Source: the human T2T-CHM13v2.0 reference genome, Homo sapiens
Strand: one strand, 5' to 3'
Length of the DNA stretch: 64,000 bases
Assembly (NCBI RefSeq): GCF_009914755.1
Contig: NC_060940.1
How positions within the stretch are numbered: the stretch's first letter is position 1; every line of letters begins with the position of its first letter. This document shows, in pieces, positions 42,712-55,623 of the stretch. Both the position numbers and the translations under genes were made by a program. The notes below the pieces were generated by a model, which saw nothing but the letters and a program-made list of their open reading frames with translations, had not been told where the DNA came from and did not search any database.

Positions 42712-43924
42712 ACAATGAGAACACATGGACACAGGAAGGGGAACATCACACTCTGGGGACTGTTGTGGGGTGGGGGGAGGGGGGAGGGATAGCATTGGGA
42801 GATATACCTAATGCTAGATGACGAGTTAGTGGGTGCAGCGCACCAGCATGGCACATGTATACATATATAACTAACCTGCACATTGTGCACATGTACCCTA
42901 AAACTTAAAGTATAATAATAATAAATTTTTAAAAAAGACTTTAAAAAAAATTTAAAAAATATAATACACGAAACGTCTTGTAGAAGTTTTAAAGTAAGAT
43001 TCATCTGTGAGTCACCTGTAGAACACACTTTAAAGGTGTTGGTTAACAACCTCTGTGTATTGCTATTCATAGACATGTAACTATACATCTGAGTCTGCAC
43101 AGATACTCATATATGTGTAATCCTAAAGGTTTTTGATAAATGTGGAATAACTTAACCAACTTTATGAATTTAATTAAGCTTTTCCCCACATGGTGTGTTG
43201 GAAAAGACAGCAGTTCATAGAAAGACCATAATCTAAAAAAAATATATATATTTTTCAAAATGGGAACCAGGTCTACAGGGCAAATGGGACATTTTGCTTG
43301 TCAGCAAAATAAATTTATTCTGAATTTATGAATGGATAATAAGCCACCTTTTCACAATGATTAATGGTAATTAACCTTTTAAAGCTCCATCACTTACCTG
43401 GCCATCTTTGGCTGACAGTCATTGAACACAGTAGAGAATGCTGATGGTAAAAAGACCTTCCTCTGGACTCCCAAGGTCCTATAAGGTAGACACCATTAGT
43501 TTTGTGCGAAGAGGTGGCAAATCTGATGCAGCCCTAGATAACTTCAGACAAAAAAATATACACATACTCTGTAATGGAGAGAAGCTTTTATCCTGTAGGG
43601 ACAACTGGACTAGAGGACAGTCAGCTCTACTGCTTGAAGCCACGTGACTTCAGCAACATCTTTTCACTTGTGTGCACCCACCTCCTTTACCTATAAAATG
43701 GATGAGTAGCGATTTTATTAACAATTATCATTTTAAGTGAAGGGTCCTGTTGGCTGGCATAGGAAAAATGCAAGCCCCTTTTAAAACAACATCATATTAA
43801 AGCTGTCTCTCAGCAAGCTGGCACTTGTCACACATCCTAAGACACTAACCTGGACCCAAGATATGCTCCATGTCTTTGCCTGTTTCAGCGGCCACCACCT
43901 CTGACAATATGAACATCAAAGATA

Positions 43925-44323
43925 GCTGGGAAGTAAATTCTGGAATGGGCTTTAGCACGAAAGATGTTTATTGGGGGTATCCTTAGAATCAACACCTGTG
44001 GAAGTAAGAGAAAGTAAGTAAGATTTCAAAAAATTCAAGATGTGATGCAGGCAAGACAGACTTGGCTGACCCCAAAGAGAATCATGGAGTTAGAATGGTA
44101 CATCAGAGTTGTTCTGAACCAGAGTCAATGGCCAAAACCTTATACCCCTACAGTGATCAATTCTTGACTGTGGGTTGCCCCAGTAAGGATCACGATCTTG
44201 AGACCCACAACATGAGAGAATCCCTGCAGGGGCGAGAGTTGAAAGTCATTTGCAGATGGCACTCCTAGTTGCTGAGACCACCTCAACTTCACAAAAGGGT
44301 GGCCCATTACAGTATCTTCCACA
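43925..44323 (-). mobile_element. LTR16A-like ERVL LTR
   Basis: tttattgggggtatccttagaatcaacacctgtggaag...tcagagttgttc...ccttatacccc...gactgtgggttgcccc...tccaca. Confidence 0.7.
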
Positions 44324-44349
44324 TTGATTGATAGATTAACTGATTGCAC

Positions 44350-44540
44350 ACTTATTGAGCATTTACTATGTCCCAAACAGGCTATGCTGGGGCTGCTACC
44401 TGCTTTATCACTTCTAAGTCTCATCACAACCCTATCAGATAGGTATTCAAACACACTTTTTCACATGAAATGAAGGCTCAGTTAGTTGTGCAATTAGAAT
44501 TCAAAACAAGACAATGTTAACTTGCATGAGTCCAAGAGTT
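44350..44540 (-). mobile_element. MIR
   Basis: ttattgagcatttactatgtccc...tctcatcacaaccctatcagataggta. Confidence 0.65.
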
Positions 44541-44744
44541 TGCCATATGCTGAGAGACAACTTGCACTTTTATTGTGTAAATTATCAATTGTTTTCAGTA
44601 CTTATCTGATTTTTCCTTGGAGATTGTTTCTACTTTCCCCTGTTTCAAATTTTATTCCTCTGTAGGATTTATTCCAGACCATAACTCACACTTCCCCAGC
44701 CAGGTGGAAGTAATTGTTTCCTCATTTTGTTTTCAGAGACTATG

Positions 44745-44900
44745 GCTAGCTCTAGGAACTCACAGAAGTTACTCATCTTCCCTATGTCTCTGTTTCCATT
44801 ATCTGTAATATGGGAATGATAGTAACACCTATCACATCAAACTTCTAAGAAGATTTTAAAAACGAATGCATAGGTATCACACAAGCAAATGCCAAGTGTT
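44745..44900 (+). mobile_element. MIR
   Basis: tgtctctgtttccattatctgtaatatgggaatgatagtaacacct. Confidence 0.65.
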
Positions 44901-45264
44901 TGTTCTTCTTCTTATTTGCATATTTCATGAATAAAAATAAATCAGTGGATAACTGTTTTTGTTCATGTATCATATTTACATATAGGTAGACACATGTATA
45001 ATAAAATTCACATGTTCATTGATCTTCTTGTTAATTAGAATCATAAGATAGAGATTGTGTGATAATTACCCGGATATACTTAGAGCTTAGCATAATATCT
45101 CATACCAGTAGGTTTACCCAATAAAAAGCTATTAAATTGAATTACATTTCAACAATAAGTAGCCAAGTTTTATCAATCATAAATCACAGACATCTTTCAA
45201 AATTGTTCATTTCTGTCAGTGTATTACCCTAGCCCAAGCCACCATCATTTCTTCCTTCTGATTT

Positions 45265-45460
45265 AAAGTCATACAGATTTGGAATCAAAGTAGGCTGACA
45301 TTCGTATTTAACTAGTTTAAGCCTCTATTTCTACATCTGTGAAATAGGAACAGATAGAGAACCTACTTCATGGGGCTGAAAACAGAATTAAATGAGATAT
45401 GTAAATTAACTAATTAGTTCAAGGCATGGCATATAGCAAGACCTCAGCAATTGCTGGTTT
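45265..45460 (+). mobile_element. MIR
   Basis: aagcctctatttctacatctgtgaaatagg...acctacttcatggggctg...attaaatgagat. Confidence 0.7.
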
Positions 45461-45579
45461 TAATCATAACAATGACAATCACAACCACCAACCCAAGCAT
45501 TTTTCCTGTTGTTGAGTTTATTCTCTGCTGCTTAGCCTACTGTAGGGATAAAACACCAGATTAGAAGTATAATGATATT

Positions 45580-45800
45580 GTACAAAGAGCAAACACACTG
45601 AGTATGGTTTTATCAAATAAACTTGTTCTTAACTTTGAGCAAGTAACATAATCTGTTTTAGTCTTGCTTTTTTCATTTGTAATATGGGAATAGTAATAAT
45701 GCATATATCATAGAATTTTTAGGGTAAATGATATAATCTACCTATATAAGCATTTATAGAACAATGAGACCCAGTCAACAAGTACGAATGTTAGCTTTGA
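45580..45800 (+). mobile_element. MIR
   Basis: actttgagcaagtaacataatc...tttttcatttgtaatatgggaatagtaat. Confidence 0.65.
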
Positions 45801-47930
45801 CTCATACTATTAGCATGTGTGCAAAATAACAATTCATGGTGGCTTTAGTGGCAATATTGAGAGAGCTGGGTAATTCTGGCACACAGTAGGTCCTCAGCGC
45901 TCATTGAAGTCTTTCTATTGCCTACATTGTTGTGTCCTGAGAAGAGACAGCTGGCTCCTCACACTACAACCTGCACAATGCACAGGAGAATGTTAAACGG
46001 TGGGGAAAACACTCTGACGAAAGCTGTTTTAATGAGACATCCCATTAGCTCTGCTGCTCCCAGGTCATGCTGCCTGTGTCAGAGCAAGAACACTAATGGA
46101 CTAGGTGGTCGTGTCTTTCCGTCTGACTAGACTCTGGGTTTTTAATAAAGCAAGCAACCCACACACTCAGGCAGCTTGGGTGTGTGTATGTGTGCCTGTG
46201 TCTCCAATGATAAACAGTTTTCATCCTAAAAAAAGACTCGAGAAAAAAAACAACAGGACAGGAAGGCTCAAAATGTCCTCTCATTTGCACCAATCAGAGA
46301 GAAGCTGACCAAGACCTTCCTACACATGCGGATAACCCTCACACAGGGCAGAGAGGAGTAAAAAAACACGCTGCTTTTCCAGGGGGGCCATAATACACTC
46401 AATAGCGTTAATAAAGAGTAGTGTCAGCTGCCTGGCTTCTTAATGATGAATAATTCATACACATCAAAGCAGCCCTCACAAAGTATTTTTTCCCGTGGCC
46501 TCAAAGACAATGAAATCACAGCAAAGATGTCAAAAGGGGAAAGTTTTTTCAAATCACATCATCCCCCTATCTCTCCTCCCTACTCTGTAATATCCATTCT
46601 CTGGACTTGATTAAAATCAATTGTGATATTAGTTTATAAACACATTATTAAATCTTTTTATTTGCTTCTTATTCTGTGTAATGGCAAACTCCTATTCAGC
46701 CCTCAAAGCCCAGCTCAAAAGCCATCACTTTTTGAAGTCAACTCTGCCATCCACTTTCCCAACAGTCAGTCTAATCGTTCCCTTAGGTTAAACATATTTG
46801 CTTTAATACAACTGTTACTAAGACCTTATTCCTTTAAATCTTTGGCTCAGACTTGGAACCTCTTAAGCTTAGACACACTGTCTTATGTATTACAGAATAA
46901 CCAGCACTCAATTTAAAGCCTGGGGTACAGTAGGCACTCAAAAAATGTTCATAGGAAATTGGAATGACTTGAATTCTTGAAATAAATAAAGATCATACTT
47001 AAAGAGAAGCACTGGAATGCTAATATAGATTAAGCCTATGAAAAGGAAAATTAGATGAAAAGAGTATTTCCAAAAACTCACAAACATCATTGAGGATTAT
47101 TCTTATCATTTAGCATTTACTAAGAACCTAAATCAAAGGCTTAGAAATGCAAGGAGTGGGGGGGATCTGTTTGGAGGGCTTATCAGCACTCTTTAGGAGG
47201 GCAAGCATGTTAAGGAGAAATATTTATCAGAACTGAGATAAAATTAAAATGGCAGAATCACAATCTAGGTTATTTTTGTAGTCTGTCTTAAAATATCCTT
47301 ATCCTCCCTTTCTTTTTGATCATCATAAATGACAATTTACTACAGACATACACACATCAAAATGAAGATGTTACCCACTTTTTGTATTTCTCAACTGGCT
47401 GCTGCTTCAACAAAACACCATTTCAATGTCAGGAGGGAACACATTTCTTTTTTGGAGTAAATGCTTGTTATCAAAGGAAAAAAGATATATTTTTAAGCTA
47501 AACTCTTTATTCTCTGAAAATATTATAATGCTTATAATGTGCCAGGTGTTGTACTAATCACAAAGGGAACATTTGGACTGTAAGTCATAGGTCTCACACT
47601 CACAAACCTCCTAGTTCATTAAGATAGAAAGATGCCATGAGATAATTATGAGGGGACCTCAAAAATTTCATAGAAAATGCATATTACAAAAAAACTATGC
47701 ATTGATTTAAAAGATGTTTGCACCAAAAAAAACTCATACTAACTTGTTATAACATGTCTGAAGGGCATCTAGTTTGAGGCACTAAGAAGGGCAAGACATC
47801 AGTTTGAAAGGAGCACCTCTCTCAGTAACATGAATTCTGCTAAAATTGAAGCAAGAATGAACATCAAATTTATGGTAATGTTTGAGTGGAACAATGGTCA
47901 AATCATTGATGTTTAAAAAAAGTTTATGGA

Positions 47931-48233
47931 GGCCGCATGCGGTGGCTCATGCCTGTAATCCTAGCACTTTGGGAGGACGAGGTGGGTGGATCACGAGGTT
48001 AGGAGGTCAAGACTGTCTTGGCTACCACGGTGAAACCCTGTCTCTACGAAAAATACAAAAAATTAGCCAGGCCTGGTGGCAGGCGCCTGTGGTCCCAGCT
48101 ACTCGGGAGCCTGAGGCAGGAGAATGGCATGAACCCAGGAGGCAGAGCTTGCAGTAAGCGGAGATCACACCACTGCACTACAGCCTGGTTGACAGAGTAA
48201 GACTCCGTCTCAAAAAAAAAAAAAAAAAAAAAA
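47931..48233 (+). mobile_element. AluY-like, inserted in HSMAR2
   Basis: ggatcacgagg, atggcatgaacc and gagcttgcag diagnostics; A-tail; TSD remnant ttatgg. Confidence 0.95.
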
Positions 48234-48669
48234 TTATGGGAGACAGTGCCCCAAAGAAATAAGCAGTTTGCAAATGGGTACAAGAGGAAAAGATGATGTT
48301 GAAGATGAAGCCCACAGTGGCAGACCAGCCACATCAATTTTGGAGGAAAAACTTCATCTTGTTTGTGCTCTAATTGAAGAGGACTGGCAATTACAGTATA
48401 AACAATAGCCAATACCTAGACATCTCAATTAGTTCAGCTTACACAATTCTGAATGAAAAATCAAAGTTAAACAAACTTTTCGCTCTATCAATAGGTGGCA
48501 AAAGTGTTATACCCAGATCAGCTACAGAAAAGAGCTCAGCTTTCGGTGGAAATTTTTAACAAGTGGGATTAAGAGCCTGAAGCATTTCTTCAAATAAATG
48601 TAATAGAAAATGAAGCATGGCTTTACCAGTACAATACTGAAGACAAGGCACGATTAAAGCAAAGGCTAC

Positions 48670-49021
48670 TGATATGGTTTGCCTGTGTCCCCACTCAAAT
48701 CTCACCTTGAATTGTAGCTCCCATAATTCACATGTGTCATGGGGGGAGACCCAGTGGGAGGTAACTGAATCATAGGGGTGGGTTTTTCCTGTCTTGTTCT
48801 CGTAATCGTGAATAAGTCTCATGAGATCTGATGGTTTTAGAAAGTGCAGTTCCCCTGCACACGTTCTCTTGCCTGCAACCATGTAAGACATGCCTTTGCT
48901 CCTCCTTCACCTTCCACCATGATTATGTGGCCTCCCCAGCCATGTGGAACTGTGAGTCCATTAAACCTCTTTTTCTATTTCTCAGTATTTCTTCATAGCA
49001 GTATGAAAATGGAATAATACA
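48670..49021 (+). mobile_element. THE1D-like MaLR solo LTR with 5-bp TSD
   Basis: tgatatggtttg...cagccatgtggaactgtgagtccattaaacctc...taataca; TSD gctac at 48665-48669 and 49022-49026. Confidence 0.93.
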
Positions 49022-49726
49022 GCTACCAAGAGGTGGAAGTTGTCCAGTCAAAGCAAAAATGGACCAGCCAAGAACAAAGATTGTGTCAACAGTTTTGGGG
49101 ATGCTCAAGACATTTTGCTTGGTGACTTTCCAGAGGGCCAAAGGGTTTCTTATGAGTGTGTTTTGAGAAAATTAGCCAAAGCTTTAGCAGAAAAATGCCC
49201 AGGAAATCTTCACCAAAGCATCCTTCACAACCATGGCAATGCTCTTGCTCATTCTCTCAACAAACCAGGGAAATTTATCAATAGTTTCTGTAGAAAATCA
49301 TTGGGCATCCACTTTACAGTCCTGATCTGACTCTTTCTGACTTTGTTTTTTTTTTTTTTTGTTTCCTAATTCTAAGAAAATCTGTAAAGGGTGTCAATTT
49401 TTCTTCAGTTAATAATATAAAAAAGATTGCATTGAGGTGGTTAAATTCCCAGGGCTCTCAATTTTTTTAGGGATGCTCCGAATGGCTATTATTGTGGCTT
49501 ATAAAAGTGTCTTACACCTAGTGGAGCTTATGTTGAGAAATAAAGTTTATGTCTTTATTTTGTAACTTTTAATTCCATTTTTCCATGAACTTTTTGAAAT
49601 CCCATTGTGTTTTAAAGTATTTATTTCTGCTTTACGTACAGAGTTATGGTTTTGCAGAAGGTGTGATAACTGATTCTTTCTGGAAAGTTAAAAATGGCTT
49701 CAGAGAAAATATGATTTTTTAAATCT

Positions 49727-50024
49727 TATTATTATTATTTTTAGACAGGGTCTCACTCCAGTCACCCAGGCTGGAGTGCAGTGGCATAATCATGGCTCAC
49801 TGCAGCCTCAACTTTTTAGGCTCAGGTGACTCTCCCATCTTAGCCCCCTGAGGAGCCGGAACTATAGGCATGTGCCATCACTCATGGCTAATTTTTAGTA
49901 TTTTTAGTAGAGATGAGGTTTTGCCATGTCGCCTAGGCTTGTCTTGAACTCCTGGGCTCAAGCGATCCATCCGCCTCAGCCTCCCAAGTGCTGGGATTAC
50001 AAGCGTGAGCCGCTGCATTTGGCC
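49727..50024 (-). mobile_element. AluJ
   Basis: agacagggtctcactc...ctcactgcagcctcaac...ctcctgggctcaagcgatcc; (TAT)n-derived tail. Confidence 0.95.
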
Positions 50025-50671
50025 AATCTGATTCTTAAAGGGCAGGTAAAAGGATATTTTCCACTAGACCAAAGGCCGCTGGATCTCATCAGGAGTTAGC
50101 AGTACTTTCAAAGGTCTGGAGTTGTAGAAGGTATTGGTGGAAAGTTTTATGTAGGTGGGGTACCTAATTCAGGGCACGGGATGAGGCAGGTGAAGAGAGA
50201 GAAATTGGAAGATGCCCATTGCTTGAAATTACAATTTAATAAGTATAGTCTTTGTTTTGTTCTGTTTTAAGATGACACTGTCAGCCTCTTGGGTGGTAGA
50301 ATGGGAAAAAATGCCTACTAATTAACTATTTTTTTGCAGCGAATAAAATGATGACAGTTTGAACCAAGACTGTGGAATGGAATGAAGAAAAATAGATCAG
50401 GTCATTGAAGGTATCAAAAGCTTTCTAGGGATAAATAAAATGCATATAAATTGAACATGAAAGTAAGAGTGTGGAAGAATCAGGAATGGCTGAGTAGGGA
50501 TGGAAGGAATTTTTTTTATGAAATGAGTTAAAAGTTACATAGTTTCAAAAAAGCTAAGAACATAGACCAGTTCATTTAAAATGGGTATGTTGAAACCAAA
50601 GATAAAAAGACTATTGCAAATTGAGACACTGTACGCTGTGAGTGAGGGGATGTAGGAAGATGACCTGGGCT

Positions 50672-51039
50672 GCAAGTCTAGACTGTTTTGGCTGCTAGAT
50701 AACAAAATACTATAAACTGAGTAGCTTGTAAACAACAGAGATTTATTTCTTACAGTTGTGGAGACTGGGGAGTTCAAGATTAAGGCACTGGCAGATTTAG
50801 TATCTGGTGAGGGCCCACTGCCTGGTGCATAGACAGAGACTCCCAGCTGCATTCTCACATGGTAGAAGGGGAAATGAGGACTCTCTTCGGCCTCTTTTAT
50901 AAAGACAGTAATCAAGTCATTCAGGCACCACCCTCATCATATAATCACCATCCAAATGTCCCACCTCCTAATATCATCACCTAAGGGGTTAGGCTTTCAA
51001 TGTATGACTTTTGAGGGGACACCAATATTCAGATCATCC
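50672..51039 (-). mobile_element. MLT1A0-like MaLR LTR
   Basis: ataacaaaatactataaactg...aagattaaggcactggcagatt...cccacctcctaatatcatcac...tattcagatcat. Confidence 0.82.
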
Positions 51040-51851
51040 AATGAATCACAGCAGGACTCATACCTGTAATTAGCTTCCAGATCATATACCTGAGCTTAGA
51101 AGAGTGATCTTTAAGGATTATTGGTGTAGGTGTCTTTCAACCACATCAGGTAAACTGGTGAAGAAGGCATGAGAGCACATCTTGCTTCTCCTCTCCCACC
51201 ATCACCTGAAACCTTGAGTTCCTTACCCAGTCAGCAATTAAGATGTTGCTATTCATGATTCTATCCTCCGTCCTTCATCTGTTGCAGAATCAGCTGGGAA
51301 CAATGACTGCCAAAAGTGTCCAGAGGAAGTCTGCAGGACCTGGGTCTCTCCTAGGTGGAATATTCTTTGAAATCAGGTAACAGATACAGTTTGGGCTAAA
51401 GAGTGGAGTGGGTATGGGAGGGAAAACAACAGAATCGTCTGTGGAGGAATCATGGCTATGACCAGAAAGACACAAATGGAGTTAAACTGATACCCCAGAC
51501 ATGTCAGGGGAGCCCACAAAAAAGTGGTCAAAAGCTTTTAAAAAATGATAAAGTCAGCATAGGGCCATGTGGGCAGCTTAAGAACCAGTCCTCCATTAGC
51601 CTATACTTCTCACCTAGGGGAGTTTAATCCATCTTTGATCATTGTCAGTTTATGTCTCACCCAGTATTGGCAGGAATGGTGCAATACAGCTTCTTAAATA
51701 AGCCTGGCATGGTGAGGCAGGTGAAGCCCTGTCTCTTGGTAAACATGTAGAAAGCCTGCCATTGGTTAGACTAACTGAATAAAAAATTTGAATGCCTTGT
51801 CAAGCAACTAAAATTGTTTCATATCCATTTCTGAAATACAAGATGCTGGCT

Positions 51852-52380
51852 CTTCATTCATTAATTTTTAACAAATATTTACTGAGTGCATACTACGTGT
51901 TAGGCATTATTCATAACCCTGAGGATGTGAAACAGCAAAAAACAGACGTAATTCCTGCTTCCATGGAATTTTCAATCTCTTGAGGAATGATAGACATTAA
52001 TAAAATAATCACAAAACTAAATAATTAATTAAAACTGAAATTAGAGCTCAAATAGGAAGAAACATATTTCTATGAGAGCATGTAGCAAGCAGACATGACT
52101 TAGACTGAGGGGTGAGATAAGGCTCTCCAAGGAAGCAAGACTTGAGCTGTGAACTGAAAGGTAAGTGTGGTAGACCCAAACAGCAGGAGCAGCACTTGCA
52201 AAGATCCTGTGGCCAGGGGTCCTGAAAAATTTCTGTTGTGGCTGGGAATACAGAGAGTAGACATGTTCTAAGAAGAGGCTGAAAGTCAAGGGAGGAGCTA
52301 TACAGATTCCTTGCTAAGGTTTTGGATTTTTCTCTTTATTATTCTTAGAGCAGCAGGTTTCCATAGACAAGTAATTTCCA
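51852..52380 (-). mobile_element. L2 3' end
   Basis: ttcattcattaatttttaacaaatatttactgagtgcatactacgtg...gcacttgcaaagatcctgtgg. Confidence 0.75.
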
Positions 52381-52689
52381 TGATTGTGTTGCTTCAAAAT
52401 GCATACTGCTTTTATATACTTACCTCTTCAAAACCACACTTCTTGGCCAGAGCTATGTATCTGTGTGAGAAGGAAGCCAGAGATGGAGAAATGAATCAGA
52501 CAGGTTTACAAACCTGGAGAAACCCAGTGTTTAGAAAAGAGGGAAGTAGCTAGATAATGATGCAACAGTGAAAATAATGGTAGGAGAAAGAAAAGCCTAG
52601 AGAGGGTAATAGGGTAAGCCTCCTTACCAGCCCTCAGGAAGCAAGGACAGATTCCCAGACTAGTAACATCTGAACCCAAAGGGCAGAGA

Positions 52690-52910
52690 ATAATAGCTCA
52701 TATCTGGTAAGTGCTTACTGTGTGCCAGGCACTAGGAAGTGCTTTTCATCTATATTTAAGGTAACAAAAGCCATATGAAGTGTATTCTATTATTATCCTT
52801 CTTTAAAAAGATGCAGAAACTGAGGATTGAAAACTTGAAGCAATTTGTTCAAGATCACACAGTTGGGACAGAGGAGGGCCAAGATTTGAACAAGGATGCT
52901 GTCTGCTAAA
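52690..52910 (-). mobile_element. MIR
   Basis: gtgcttactgtgtgccaggcac...agaaactgagg...ttgttcaagatcacacag...gatttgaac. Confidence 0.8.
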
Positions 52911-54291
52911 TGTAAAGGCTGGAGGGCAGGGAGATTGAATTGTATATTTCAGATGAAAATATTAAAACATGAGATGTGTTGATTTAGAATAATTACAGCC
53001 TCTTCGAGAAATGTTTGAGGGCTTGTAAGTGCAGCTATCTTTGCCCAAATTTGGGGATAAGAGCTTGAGCCAAAATAACACGAACCTCCACTCTTAACAG
53101 AGTGGAACCTTTTGTGCGGTGAGTGCTTCAGAAATGAGAAATGCATATGCATCAGAGAGCGCATTAGTACTTAGACAATCCAAAAAGACCTGTTTTTATA
53201 TCATTTGACTTTTCTTCTTTCCTCCTGTAATTACTTCATTTCAGTGAAATCACGCTGTATTATGATTTAACAACTGGAACAGTCACTTAAGCATTGATAT
53301 TTTGCAAGCTCCTTTCTAATGTTCTCACCCACAATCTGGCCTAAAAAGGGAGAACAATGAGCGATCACTTAGGGGCCCAGATAAACCACACAGGAGTGCT
53401 CACTGGTCACTTTTGCTGTTTGAATCCTGCCCTGGTTATCAGCTGCCAGTATTCTGCCAGGAAACTCTAAGGTAGAATAATCATGGGACTAAGCAGGAAA
53501 GAGATTGCAATTTTTAAAGCATAGAGAAATTGGCATGGGGTGAAGATGTTGTAACTACAGGTTGCAACCATACTTCCTCTTTTAAAATTGACTGTTTCCT
53601 TCCACAATGTTGTAAGTACGTTTCTTTCCCCAGCCACCTCCAGATAAAAAGACAAAATGCCTCCCAAAGCTACGAGATGAACTACAGAATTCTAATTGTT
53701 CCCATGCTTCCTGAAGATTTGAAATTCCAGCCTGTGCTTCATTCCCATGCAGTTCTTGTTAACTCCACACATGGGTAAATAATCAAAGGTATCTAGTGGT
53801 CAATGAGTGTTTTCTTTGTAAAATGTATATCTACTAGGAATAGGTAGAGCTCTGAGCACAGTGACTTTTCTGAAGTACAGACTTTTAGCCCCAGGGAAAA
53901 AAAAAAAAATCTTAAAGACTGCTTTCTCGGCCCTGTAGTTGGACAAATAAGGGGGCTTTGGTCCTGATACGGATGTGAGCTGCCCAAGCTTGCAGGGTGA
54001 ACTATGGGCTTCCTGATCCTAGCTGCTGTTATTTCAACTATGCTGCCCTGACCTAAATAGCTTTGCATTTCATACTAAGCAGTATGTCCCCTTACTTCCT
54101 AATCAAAGGTGTAATCAATCATCATTTGCAAGGCATTCATTTTGAGAAGTAGGAAATGAAATTCCCCAAATGTGGTTACATTCTAATTTGCAGGGAACCA
54201 CTGATTCAGGAAAAGGAACTCCTTTAAGGGAAGGTCACCAAAATGTATACTGGCACAAATCGTGCCACTAAAAATTACTGTGAATCTAGAG

Positions 54292-54618
54292 CAGGGGTCA
54301 GCAAACTTTTTCTGTAAAGGGCCAGATGGCAATTACTGTAGGCTTTGTGGGCCAAATTGTAGTTACTAGCAACTCTGCTCCGTAACAAGAAAGCAGCCAC
54401 AGATAATACAAAAAGGAACAGGCATAGCTGTGTTCCAATAAAACTTTACTTATGGACACTGAAATTTGAATTTTACATGCTTTTCACATGACATAAATTT
54501 TTTTTCTTTTTTTGATTTTGAAAAATAATTTTTAAATATGAAAAATATTTTTAGCTCAGTTATACACGAATGAGCAGTGGGCTGGATTTGCCCCTCCTGC
54601 CATAGTTTCTGGTCCCTA
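54292..54618 (-). mobile_element. MER58B with 8-bp hAT-type TSD
   Basis: caggggtcagcaaactttttctgtaaagggccagat...tgtgttccaataaaacttt...catagtttctggtcccta; TSD atctagag / atatagag. Confidence 0.9.
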
Positions 54619-55254
54619 ATATAGAGGAATTGTAGCTGTTTCTCACTATGGTTTGTACCATTAGAAAATATACATATGATGGTAAAAATAATTATTTTCA
54701 GTACAAATCCTGTTTTTCATTGCACTGAATGAAAAAATATCTAGATATTTCCATGTAGAGAAGTGTCCAAAATATTTAAAGGTATAAAGTAAATCCCTTT
54801 ACTTCGTGGATTATAATCTTCATCAAATAGGGTTATATTTCATTTGTCCTCAAATAACCGACATCACAAGCACCTAATAAGTGATTCTTTGCTAAAATAA
54901 ACCATGTCAATGCCCTCTGTAGGATCCTTCAAAATCTCCCTCTCACTGTAGATTTCATGGTTTCCAGAGCAGTTTTAGTGTTCTTTTAGATTTTCATTCA
55001 TTCATTTGTTCATTTATTCAATAACTATCTCTTGAGCACCTATATAGTGGCATTCAAGGCTCTCTATGATATGATAATGGCCTGATTCTGATCTCGTGTC
55101 GTGACATGCCTGTATACACATTCATTTACTTATTCGATCCACTGATACTGGCTGTTTAAAATCTGCCAGTCACTGTTTGAGCTACTGAGAATAAGTAGTG
55201 GACAAGCCTATTAGAATTCCAGTCCTCATGGAGCTTTCAGCCTAATCACAATGA

Positions 55255-55623
<369 letters not shown>

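Larger units (their letters stand above)
47649..49607 (+). mobile_element. HSMAR2 mariner DNA transposon, full length with both TIRs, transposase decayed; carries a nested AluY and a THE1D-like LTR
   Basis: Left TIR (ta)tgaggggacctcaaaaatttcatagaaaatg; right TIR catttttccatgaactttttgaaatcccattg; transposase start ATG at 47830 (MNSAKIEARMNIKFM); later YECVLRKLAKALAEKCPGNLHQSILH. Confidence 0.92.

Noticed and set aside
42755-42790. G-quadruplex motif
   Set aside because: Standard feature of the L1PA 3' UTR and not specific to this locus
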